From Hormiphora californensis (Eukaryota; Animalia; Ctenophora), in NCBI GenBank assembly GCA_020137815.1, contig CM035351.1, positions 1,984,001 to 2,048,000 on the forward strand: 64,000 nucleotides of DNA. Reading direction: 5' to 3'. The position numbers and the translations under genes are program-made. Shown here in pieces: positions 1 through 11,757 of the stretch (position 1 is its first letter; the number at the start of each line of letters is the position of its first letter). Under the pieces are notes generated by a model. It searched no databases. It saw only the letters and a program-made list of their open reading frames with translations, and was not told the DNA's origin.

Positions 1-235
1 GCCCCGCAAGTGGGGTAACCAGCACATACCCCACTGATCATATTAAATACCTTTCGGTTCTATCCCCACTATCTCTTGCCTAGCTCGACCCCCTTTTCGC
101 GAGCTTTGGGTTAGAGGGTTAGAACATAACAAACTATCTCTCCACATCCAGCACGTACCCCACTGTTCTAACCCCACATATAATACCCTATTATAACATC
201 TTGTAAAGCATCCTTTAACCCTACTATCTCCCCAG

Positions 236-3200
236 CTTGAAGACGAGAAAGAGCACCAGGAATCACTGGCCAGCAACTACAAGCGCTCCCAACAAAAACA
301 AGCAGAGGAGGTTGCTGACCTAAAGGTCAACTTAGAACAGATACAGGCACGAAACTCCGAACTAGAGAGGAAGCAAAAACGATTTGATCAGGTACATTAA
401 GGTGACGAAGTTACCCCTCCCTTGCCAGTGAGTCACTGAGTGACGTGCGAGAGAGGGGTTAACCAAGTAGTTACGATTCGATCAGGTAGTTACAGGGCGT
501 TGTCTGGATTCTAAAATATAATGAATCCCCAATAATTAGTAAAGAGAGAGAGAGAGAGGGAGAGAGAGAATACCGGGGTATATAAACACGTTCATATTTC
601 CATTAAAATACATTAACATACATTACCTCCCTCCTCCTAACCCCTCCCAATCCCAAATTTCTGTGCAGGATACCGCGAAACAGACGCATCTCCTGAAAGC
701 GGAGCAACAGCTACGAGAGAAGATCGGTAAAGAGAAGGAAGCAATCCACACGGAACTCATCTCACTTCGCGACAAGAACAGGGAGACCAACTCTACCCTT
801 GAGGAACGCACACGACGACTTGTTAACGCAGAATCTCAACTTGCTGACTTTACCTCACAGGGAGTGGAGGCTTCAGAGGTAACCAGAGGGAGGGGTGTAC
901 CCGGCGGGTGGGATTTAGGATAAGTGGTTCGGACGTATTATATGTTTTTAGACATATTATATACGTCCGAACCGTTTATCTTGAACCCCCCTGGTCCCTG
1001 CACTCGAGTGCTTTCTAATTACGGGGGCCTGGGAACGAATTCTAATATTCAAAGCTATCACGTAGCGCTGATAATTACCAATATGTCAAGTTGAACGAGG
1101 AATGAAAACATCAAGACATCCCAATATGGAATCACTTTTTCTAATTTCACGGCAATTCACAGTCAATTCGACTTCGCTGTCCCCTGAATGATATTCAACT
1201 CCCTTCTCCGATATATTTAAAATAACAACCCCTCCTCAGGCGATGCAGTTGAAGAAAGCTAAACGAGAGCTCGAGGAGAAGGTGTCTGAACTGGAGGACG
1301 AGTTGGAAGAGGCCACCTGCCAAGTTAGCTCCCTTCAATCAGCGAAAACAAAGGTATTACACCACCCAACCACCATTGGGAGGTGCAGTAGTGAACGCAT
1401 GAAATGTTATGTGGGATGTGTAGTATCACTGCTACATGACTGTCTCTTGGTACATAGTTCGGAGAGGGCAGTCTTTTGTGAGACAATGCTCTGATCAAGT
1501 CTGGCAGGTATGTGTTAGTTTTTATGGGCTCCAATCGCAACCCATAAAAAACTAACCTTCTCTCAGTGGGAGATGGAGGCAGCTGGATCCCCCCGGACCC
1601 AAACTAACCCCCCCTCTCTCTCAGTGGGAGATGGAGGAAGGATCCCTCCGGACCCAAACTAACCCCCTCTCTCTCTCAGTGGGAGATGGAGGCAGGATCC
1701 CTCCGGACCCAAGCTAACCCCCTCTCTCTCAGTGGGAGATGGAGGCAGGATCCCTCTGTACCCAAACTAACCCCCCTCTCTCTCTCAGTGGGAGATGGAG
1801 GCAGGATCCCTCTGGACCCAAACTAACCCCCCTCTCTCTCTCAGTGGGAGATGGAGGCAGGATCCCTCTGTACCCAAACTAACCCCCCTCTCTCTCTCAG
1901 TGGGAGATGGAGGCAGGATCCCTCCTGACCCAAACTAACCCCCTCTCTCTCTCTCAGTGGGAGATGGAGGAAGGATCCCTCCGGACCCAAACTAACCCTC
2001 TCTCTCTCAGTGGGAGATGGAGGCAGGATCCCTCCGGACTCAGCTAGCTCGAGACGTTGACGCCAAGGAGGAGGAGATATCGACCCTTAGGGAAACACTT
2101 ACAAAGCGGATCACCTCACTTCAAGAGCAGCTTCGAGGACGAGTATGAGAACAGCAAATCAGCCGTGAGGGTGAGTGCACCAATTGAAATGGGGCATTTC
2201 ACTTGCTCATAGCACAATCAGTCCTAATTTCGCTTGATGATTTCTCTAGAATAATGAGACCTCTCATATGCTCATATTTTCATCCCTGAATATATTTCAA
2301 TGTAAGTAGGTTCGAGGAAGTTTGAGTCTCTCAGCTTTCCTCGAATCTATCTCTTTCTCTCTATCTCGCTCCGGGTAGAGAAAGGGAGACAGAGATATTG
2401 CTTTTCGCACTAACCCTCTAAGAGACCCTTTGTGTTCGGACATATTATAATAATATTAGAAGCCTCTAAATAAGCCTCTATTTTCAGCAAAAGCGTGAGC
2501 TCGAGCGGCGCCTCGCTGAAGCTGAGGATTCGGCCGTCAATGAAGATGAGATGAGGAGATTGCGGAAACAACTTGCACGTGCAAAACAACTGTACAGGGA
2601 GGCCCAATCCCAACTAGAATCCCGGCAATCCTCCACCGCCAGTAAATCTCAACTCAACTCGTTGAAAGCTCAGGTTGAGGACCTTCAGGATGAGCTGTCC
2701 ATGGCCCAACGGGCCAAGAGATCGGCCGAGACGGACCTTACAGAGGCCCAGGACAGGTTACAGAGTGTCGAAAATATGAAGATGGAAGCGGAGAGCAGGA
2801 TTAGCTCACTTCAGAAAGTTGTGGCCGATGCTCAGGGTCGGGCTGAGGAGCTGGAGGAGGAACAGGAGGAGTGGGAGAGGAAAAATAGACAGACAGTTGT
2901 TGATCTTAATGAGAGTAAGAGAACGTTGGCAAGCTGCCAAAACCTGCTCGTTCAGGAGAAAAGTAGGGTTAGCGAGCTGGAGAGGCAGGTGGTAGATTTG
3001 CAGGAGCACCTTGACAAGGCAACACGGGATTCCGGGGAGAGGGAGAAGATACTGAATCTGGAAAATAAAGTCCGGGAAATCCAGGTGGAGTTGGATATGG
3101 AACAAAGTACTAAATCTCGTCAGGAGAGAACCATCAGAAAACTTAAAGATTCTCTCTCATCAGTAAGTTCAATTGTGTTGTAACAAAATCTTATTATACT

Positions 3201-3418
3201 GCGAACCTGTTCCATGGAAACATATATGACGGGACCACTCAGAGAGAAAGAAAGAAAAAAGAGAGAGCGAGAGAGACTACTATAATAGAGATTGGATAGT
3301 TGGAATAATAGAGTCCGAGAGAGCGAATCGATAGTGAGGGGCAAGAAGATGAAAAATACAGCGTTACTGTTGAGAGTGGTGTTCGAGATCACACGTTGAT
3401 TATGCCATTTCAAGTTTC

Positions 3419-3465
<47 letters not shown>

Positions 3466-6282
3466 GCTTGTCCTTATCGCTTTGCACATGAAAAATCTTG
3501 CTCTCTTATCTTTATAGCTGTAACGGTCACTTTCCATCGTTATGAATGAGAATCCTAGAGTCAAAGTGAATGGTAACAGGTCATTGAGTGATATTGAACT
3601 CGAAAATATCCATGTTAATACCGTGGAGATGGTTGAGGCACTCATGACAATGGCTGGAACACGTCCCACTACGGGCGTGTTTGATGGAGAGTATAACGGT
3701 GCGGAGGAAAGTTTGTGGGACTCATTGTCTACCCCATCGAAGTATAAAATCGAAAAAGTGAGTCACAAGGATTTAGTTGACTGGGTGGAGATGGCAGGTA
3801 AGCTCTTGATTGAGAGGGTGTATCCTGTGATGCGAAGTCAGTATAGTGTAGCTAGGAAGTGCAGTGGTGTAGAGAAGAAGTTGGTGGAGCGTCAGGAGGA
3901 ACTAATCTCTGCTCAGAGAGCATTGGTTGGAGCCCAGGCGCAGTTAGTGAAGCTGCAGGAGCAACTACTTGAGAAGAGGGAGGAAGTCATAACTGATGTG
4001 AAGACAACTGCGAAGGAGGAGATGCGAAGCTTCTCTACTGTACTGAGGAAGGAGTGTGAGACATCCCTCGCTCCTCAACGGATACAGCGGGCTGTAGCTG
4101 CAGCCAGCGAGGACAGATCTTGTAACATCGTCATCTACGGACTGACTGACAGTCCTGGAGACAAAGAAGAACTACTACCGGAGTTGTGGACAACGCTGGC
4201 AGAGAAGCCCTTGGTAAAGAGTGCTCAGCGGTTGGGGAGATTCACAGCGGGTCAGACTAGACCCATGAAGATATCCCTGGCAAGCAAGGAGATGCAGTCG
4301 TGTATTCTTGGTAAGAAGACACGACTTAGACAGAGTGAATTGTTTTCCCGAGTTTATATCTCTCCCGACCTTACTTCTGAGGAGAGAGTGGCCCGGGCGG
4401 TCCTAGTGAAAAAGTTGAAAGAGGAGAAGGTGCGGAGCCCTGGGAAGTCGTTTAGGATCAAAGGAGGCGAGGTGGTGGAGGTCTCCTCGGGGACACAGTA
4501 GTACTTACTGTGAGTGCTATTCATTTAAGTTTCTTCTTTTCATTTATTTCATTAAATTGCCTTCTTTGTTTGCTATAGTGTTCCTGTTGTTATCTATTAG
4601 ACCAGCAGGAACATTCCAACGGGTCCATTACTAAAGTGGATTCCAAGCTACTTCAGCTAAACCTTGTCAAAGGTAAAAAAAAAAACTCTCTCTCTCTCTC
4701 TTCCTCTTTCTTTTTCTCTTCTCTCTCCTCCCCCAAAAAAAAACCCCCGCTACATCTCTTTCGCCAAATTTCCAAAAACCTTGGATGGTTTTCCAGGACA
4801 TTTTCCATTTCAGGCTGAAGGATGAGGGGGAAAGGGAAAAAAGGGGGCCCCGGAGTTGCCCAAATTTTAAAAAAAGAGTCCGACGGGGCCCCGGGCCCAG
4901 TAAGGGGGAGGTTAGCGTTTGCTGCAACAGCCCAACCCGATGTTAGAATGGTAAAGAGACGTGGCAGTGAAATAGCCTAAATTTAGGGCCTTTTTAAAAC
5001 CACTGAAATTAATCCCATGCCCTTTCTCAGTATATATCTGCTTTTTTTTATCCAAAACTTTTTGCCCAACCCAAAATAATAGCTAGATTTCTCCGTTTTC
5101 CTATGTAAAAATTCCAGAGTTTTCTTTTACCTTGGTTATTTTCCCTTCATTAAAAAGTCAAGAGGGGGGAAACTTCCAGCTACTTTTTTAAAGATTTTTG
5201 TTTTAGAATAGTTATAGGGGTTTGGTTTTTGTGTGTGGGGAAAATTTAATATTACCAGTTCTAAATTTTGGGAATTGGGTTTCTATAGGGAATTTCCATG
5301 GGCGAAAATATAAAAAACTCTCGCCCCTTTTCTCTCTATTTGGGGAGGGGGGTGGGATTGGGCCGGGGCGGAGCGCGCGGAGGGCGCGCGGGAAGATTGG
5401 GAACGCGATTCTCCCCCGCTCACTTTTCCCTCGCTCCCCGGGAAGCTCCTCCTTCGCTCTCTCTCTTTTTCTCTCTTTCTTTTCTTTTCCTCTCTCTCTA
5501 TTCTGACAAAAGGGGCCCGGATGGTCTGAACGGTATCGCCACAGCAAAATTCCCCAAACCCTCCCCCCCCCTACAGTTAAATTTTTTCAGAAAGAAAAAA
5601 AAGGGAAAAAAAAAACGAAAAAATTACGATGAAACGAGGGGGGGAGCTAACGTATGACAAGGAGAAATTGCAATCACAGGTATACCATCACAGGGAGAGG
5701 GCGACAAATGATCGTCGGGCGAGATACAAAGGAAAACAAGATATTTTGTACCATTGCATCACTGTCCTAGTTATATTTGTAGCACTATAGCAGTGGGGGT
5801 AGGTAGTATCAAGATGTTTTCCACCTCGCTCGGATACAGTTCTACTGCAATGGGGGGGGGGGCTCTACATGTAGCTACAATGGCCCATTCAAGAGCAAAA
5901 TAAAGGCCTGTGTTTATAAGTAAACTGAGTCCTATTCGCCAAGTGTTGACACAACGTGTACGTTACAAATGTAACCCTAAACACCATCAAGTTGACACTT
6001 TGTGCATCACATTCTCTTTCCTTTTTCTTTCGGAATTGTTAGTGCTATGACCCCTTCGGCCAGTTCAAGTACTGTTTCTTTGTTCCTATCCCCCAAGAAA
6101 AAATAGAAATAAAAGTAGAATTTGAAAAAAAAGGGGTGGGGGGGGAGAAAAAAGAAAGGAAAAAAAATAATATAGGGAATAAAGTTTGGGGACCCAATAA
6201 AAACCCAATTTTTAAACCTTATTAAAAAAAGGGAAAAATTAAAAAAACCCAAAAAAACCAAAAAAAACAAAAAAAAAAAAGG

Positions 6283-6313
<31 letters not shown>

Positions 6314-6690
6314 CCCCGGGGGGCAAAAAAGGGGGGGGAAAAAAAAAAAAAAAAAAAAAAAAAAAACCCCCCCCCCCAAAAAACGGGGGCCCCCTCCTCC
6401 CTCCCTCCCCTCACCAGCCCCCCCTTCTTTTCCTCTCCCCCTCACACAGCCCCCCCCCTTTCTCCCCCCCTCACACGGCCCTCCCTTCTCTCTCCCTCCT
6501 CAAAAGCCCCACCCCCAGGTTAAAACTCTAAAGGACCGAATCCAGTCCCTGGAGGACCGGATGCACCAGGTTTCCGAGACACCAGATTTCGATGACGTAA
6601 TAAGCGATGATGATGACAAGACGACTTCATGAATGAGGATGATGATGATTTCCTCCTCGATGATGACGATGATGACGATTTGAATCTTAG
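236..6690 (+). CDS. MYO18: Myosin-XVIII-like coiled-coil tail, multi-exon, 5' part lies outside the window
   Basis: GT-AG exons 236-391, 669-878, 1240-1353, 2011-2170, ~2488-3162 and ~6519-6690 translate to ARNSELERKQKRFDQ...LKKAKRELEEKVSELEDELEE...QLEDEYE...KRELERRL...RRLRKQLARAK...LENKVREIQVELDME. This is collinear with the MYO18A tail as I recall it. One extra base near 2131 and garbled exons at ~4814 and ~5510 look like sequencing errors. The 3' end is uncertain. Confidence 0.8.
1550..2040 (+). repeat. Tandem repeat, 9 units of 53-58 bp, each containing a branch point, pyrimidine tract, AG and the exon start
   Basis: Unit aaactaacccc(ct)nCAG|TGGGAGATGGAGGCAGGATCCCTCCGGACCC; exon-like starts at 1567, 1625, 1680, 1733, 1789, 1845, 1901, 1958 and 2011. 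Confidence 0.95.
3542..4501 (+). mobile_element. Non-LTR retrotransposon ORF1-like protein (coiled coil + RRM-like), intact 319 aa, inside a MYO18 intron
   Basis: Coiled coil followed by RSCNIVIYGL, RLGRF..RPMKI and VYISPDLT.EER motifs typical of LINE ORF1 proteins. No ORF2 is visible. (CT)n lies upstream; A11 then (CT)n lies downstream at 4675-4700. Confidence 0.7.
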
Positions 6691-7334
6691 TAAAGGGGTG
6701 GGTATATTTTTAATTTAATTCCCAGTCTGACCCCACGATTCACAAAACCCAAAACTCACAGATACATTTACTTTTGTTAAAAACAAAAATTTTCTGCCTT
6801 GTTCTTTTAACATGATGGACTACTTGAAGTATTCCATAATTTAACACTGCTATATCCTCCCAGGTTCACGGCATGGTGCGGCAGCTCACTCATCCCCCTC
6901 CCCACCACCCGCACCCGTCCGGAATGGAGGCAAGAAGAAGCGACAAAGGGAGCCGGAAAAACCCGGGGATCTTAAAACCCGCTCTGATATATTGCTGCTC
7001 GAGAAATTAAACCCGGGGTACCATGGAAAAGTTGAGTAACCGGGTAACCCGTGGTAACAAGACTGACAGCAAGACATTCGAGATAGTGAAATGTGAGAAC
7101 TCTTTTGGAACTTTTTTAATTGTAATATGAGAAAGGACGTCGAGCGTGGGCAGCGCCCTGAAAACGAAATTAAAAATGTTTTGTAAAAAAAAAAAATTAC
7201 AGTTTCCCATTTTTGATAAAGGGGGGGATAACAATTTTTTAAATATTAAATTTTTTTTAGGGGTAATTAAAAAAATGGCAAAAAAGAATGGTTTAATTTT
7301 TAGACTTTTATTTGGTTTTGGAGGAGAAAATGAT

Positions 7335-7852
7335 AAGGGGGTTATTTTGGATCTTTTAAAAGGGTTTGGTTTTACCCAAAAAAATTTACAAGATTAGGTC
7401 ATGAAATTAATTGGACTATTTTTAAATTTTATCAAGGTTCCCGGGGGTTTTGGAGCCTAGCCCCGGGAAGTGTGTTTTGGCATCAAAATACCAAAGCAAT
7501 TTTTTTTGGGGGGGTGAGACTTTTCAAAAGTTTTTTGGGTATTTTTTTCATCCGAAGTTCATGGAGGGGTTTTTTTGTACTCAAAATTTCGCAAAAGTGG
7601 CCGGAAAAACTAATTTTCCTTTCCTTTTTGGGTTTCCCCCCTTTTACAAATTTTTTTAAAAAAAAAAAAATCCATTAAAATTTTTTAAAATGAATAGAAA
7701 AAAAAAAAAAAAATTTTTTTTGAAAAACCCCAAAAAAATTTTTGGGGTTTCCAAAAAAATTTTTCCCTTTTAAATCTTCTGGGTTGATAGTCAGACTAAC
7801 GAACTTTTGGTGAAGGCCAACGCTTGTAAAGATCCAAAATGAACACCGTGTA
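7335..7852. mobile_element. Degraded or garbled copy of the MITE at 42352-42810
   Basis: Shares attaggtcatg, ggaagtgtgttttggcatcaaaa and the terminal caacgcttgtaaagatcc...aacacc.tgta. Confidence 0.6.
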
Positions 7853-8088
7853 AGTATATACATATTAGAGTCGATAACTACATCAATCATCCTAAATTGT
7901 TCTTCCAGTTGCTGCTCCATTTTTTGGAACTCGGAATCTCTACCTCAAAGCAGGCGGTACTTTTTCGAAGACTGTCCTGAAATACCAATAACGGTGCTTT
8001 GAAAAGGGTCTATGAAAAAGTACCACCATCGTTCGAACAAAAACTTGGACAATTGGGAGGGGTCGATGTAGTTATCGGCTCTTCTAAA

Positions 8089-8400
8089 GGGGGGGGTGAC
8101 ACGTAACACTTTGTAACACTTTGTAACATGTAACGTGCACAAAATATTTTTTGCACATGTTACAAAGTGTTACAAACGTTACAAAGTGTTACAAAGTGTT
8201 ACAAAATGTTGCAAAATGTTGCAAAATGTTGCAAAAAATGCCCATTTTGTAACATTTTGTAACACTTTGTAACATTTTGTAACATTTTGTAACACTTTGT
8301 AACACTTTGTAACACTTTGTAACATGTAACGTGCACAAAAAGTTTTCTGCACATGTTACAAAGTGTTACAAAGTGTTACGTGTCACCCCCCCCCCCCCTC
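8089..8400. mobile_element. Palindromic MITE with poly-G/poly-C ends and 10-bp tgtaacactt subrepeats
   Basis: GGGGGGTGACACGTAACACTTTG...CAAAGTGTTACGTGTCACCCCCC; tctaaa occurs on both flanks. Confidence 0.8.
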
Positions 8401-8806
8401 TAAATGAGTATTACGGTGGTGCTGAGGCAATTTGTTAAACAGGACAAACTACGTGCAGTGTGTCTATCTCTAATCGGACAAATATAAGCTCAATTGAGAG
8501 ATAGAGAGAGTGAGGGAGAATTTTTCCTGTATATAATAATATCAGTATGTTTCCTCAACATTTTCGTTTTGAAGGCAGAAAGTACACCTCCTTCGCCCCT
8601 TTAATCCGTTGTCAGTTCCTTTGAGTACCCTATCGAATCCTGCCCAGACACCGCCCCAGAAAGGGTGTGAAGTTTGTAACTAGAAATATGTCAACAACCG
8701 TTTTTGGCATCCGAAACTGCCGAGACTAGCGGATTGTGTTTGTTTCAGGGGTTCGCATCATGCGTGAACTGATTACCCTGATGAAGTGCTGAGAGGAGAG
8801 GGTGAG

Positions 8807-8888
<82 letters not shown>

Positions 8889-9147
8889 GAGAAAGATGCC
8901 AGAGAGAAGTGTGTTGCCGCTCCCCCCAAGGAACGTTCTGTCCTATCTCATACCTTCTACCGATACATTTCGAAACCCCAGAACATTAATTATTATCTGG
9001 CCAACTTTCTCTCTCAGCATTTCTCTCTCAGTACCTCTCCTGCAACTGGCTTCTTGAGAAATGTGTCCACCTTGGCCTTTTTCGGGGGGCTGTCTGGCGG
9101 CGCCAGACCCCAATTTGATGATCAGATGGGTCGCGGCGCCAGACAGT

Positions 9148-9999
9148 CGGGGGGGGGGGGGGGCCAACGAATTTTTTATATATTTCCTTAATTTTGGAAT
9201 TTTTTATATATATATAAAAATATATAAAAATATATAAAAATATATAAAAATATATAAAGTTATATAAATAATATATAAAAATATATAAAATATATAAAAA
9301 TATATAAAAATATATAAAAATATATAAAATAAACCCTTTTTTCACCCCTTTTACTTTCAAAAAAGGGGATTATTTCCATCTATTGTTCACTTGAATATGT
9401 TTCATAGAGTTAATTTAAGTGTTTGAGAGGGTGATAGCTGTTTTACATAATTGAGAATGTGTTCAAAAGTGAATTATGCACTGTCAAAAGTAGAACTGGT
9501 GAAGAGAGGTTCCGGCCTAATAATATCTACCAGTTTTGGTGTGATTTCAATCATTTTTTGTATGTTGATCCGTGCAGATGTACTAGAACTGGTGAAGAGA
9601 GGTTGGGATCGCGAAACTAAAAAAACAAATCATTTTTGACGTCATTTTGACGTCATGACGTTATTGACGCGACGTCACGATGTTACAAACGTCACATTGA
9701 TGACGGAAAATCATCAGGATTATCTAGATGAAGATGCTGACCAAGTTTGAGATCAATTGAATGATATTTGATCCCGCTATGGCGAAAAACAGCTTTCTGT
9801 TTTCACACTTTCGGCACAATTTTTTATATATTTTTATATATTTTTTATATATTTTTATATATTTTTATATATTCATATGTATTTTTATATATTTTTATAT
9901 ATTTATATATATATAAAAAATTATGTTTTTTTTTTTCCAAAAAAAAGGTATATAAAATATATAAAAATATATAAAAAATGAGCGTTGGCCCCCCCCCCC
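9148..9999. mobile_element. TIR element with poly-G/poly-C ends and inverted arrays of aaaaatatat decamers
   Basis: GGGGGGGGCCAACG at the left end, CGTTGGCCCCCCCC at the right end; inverted subrepeat arrays at 9170-9330 and 9820-9978. Confidence 0.7.
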
Positions 10000-10898
10000 T
10001 TTTTCCCGGCCAACCTTTTATTTCTATTTATATTGGGCATATTTTTACAATTCATATTTTCTTGTCAGTGCCTTTCATTGTTCCCTAATTCTATATTCTA
10101 CTGAATGGGGGTTGAGGAAAGGGGCCGACTAGACAGCGGGAGCCTTGGCATGTCTGCCTGCAAGGGGAGAGACCGCGGGAGGAGGAATAAAATGTTTATA
10201 ATAGCTCCTTTAATTTTTAATTTATGTTGCGAAACAACATGTGTGGTGTGGTGCCTAATGTGTCAGTGTGTTTGAAGGACTACAGGACGTTTCACTTTAA
10301 TTTTACCAGATAATTCCAGTGCTATCTTTTTCTATCTTTCTCTCACTCTCTGTTCTGTTTCTCTTTCTTTCTTTCTTTCTTTGTGTCCGAGGAGCTCCTG
10401 CGTTCTGAATCACACAGCGAGAATTTAATTTGGTCTGCCTCTATTTTGAGGTTTTTATTGGTTCTTCCCTAAGCTATCTATCTGTTTCTCTCTCTATCCC
10501 TCTCTCTCTATCCCTCTCTCTCGTTCTCTCCTCTTTTATCTCTATCTTTTTCTCTCAATTTGCACAAACGGAACGCCCCATTTATTTCTCTCCTCGTGGC
10601 CATTCAACCTTGACCATATTTTCGCCTCTGATGGTGATGCCCATTCCCAAACACCTTTGGTCCGGGTCTCACGGTTCAGGCTTGCGACTCCATCACCATA
10701 TTCTCTCTCAATTGTCTTCTCTCTATCAGATCTATCTATGTTGCATTTCTCCTGTCTTTATATACAGGGTGTTAACCACAACTGGCTTTATATTGTAGTT
10801 TCTATCTCACGGTGACACTAGGCAGCATGTTGAATCCTATAAAGGGAAATAACACCCGCAAACAATCCGTAGGCCGAGAGGAAGATAGAGAGAGAGAG

Positions 10899-11013
<115 letters not shown>

Positions 11014-11136
11014 TAGAGAGAGCTGTAGATAGTGGGACTGAGAGGGTCAAGGGAGAGAGAGAGAGGCTTATGTCTTCTCCACTAAAGGGGTGGTTGATAA
11101 TGTTTAGTGTTGCAAATTAAACCTGTGTGGGTTCCG

Positions 11137-11229
<93 letters not shown>

Positions 11230-11757
11230 ATTCGCCCTTCATTTCCATTTTCTCCCATGACAGCTCACGCCCTCCGGAAACAGCCGGGAGCCCCAGAGAT
11301 ATTGTATCAGTTAATTGTTTCCACCTGTTTCCAATTATTGTACCCTAATTCTTAGCTTGGTATCTGGAATTTCCCCTTCCCCCCTTTCTTCGGGTTCTTT
11401 GTTAACTTTTTGTACTTTGGGGTTCATGAACACAGTTAGAAGTTTGTGAATCTAAATCACATGTCCTTAGGAGTTCAGTCCATTCCCAATGGGAATGGAC
11501 TGAACTCTTTGATTTGACTGTTTGGTGCCGCCAGACCCCGTTTTGATTGTCAAAACTCGAAAGTGCGCTCTGATCGGGTCAGTACCTGTCAGAGCATTGG
11601 CCTGACCCATTCTCGTTTCTCTCTGCACGCGAGAACTGTGGTCAGGGCATTGGCCTGACAGATCGGTACCGCATAAACTTTATGATGTTTCTAATTCTCT
11701 GTTTTGCATTAGCCCAGACCTGCAGATAGTTCCACCCCAGATAGTTCCACCTTCACC

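Noticed and set aside
4700-7800. Low-complexity ORFs and apparent disruption of MYO18
   Set aside because: Same garbling; more likely sequence error than pseudogenisation.
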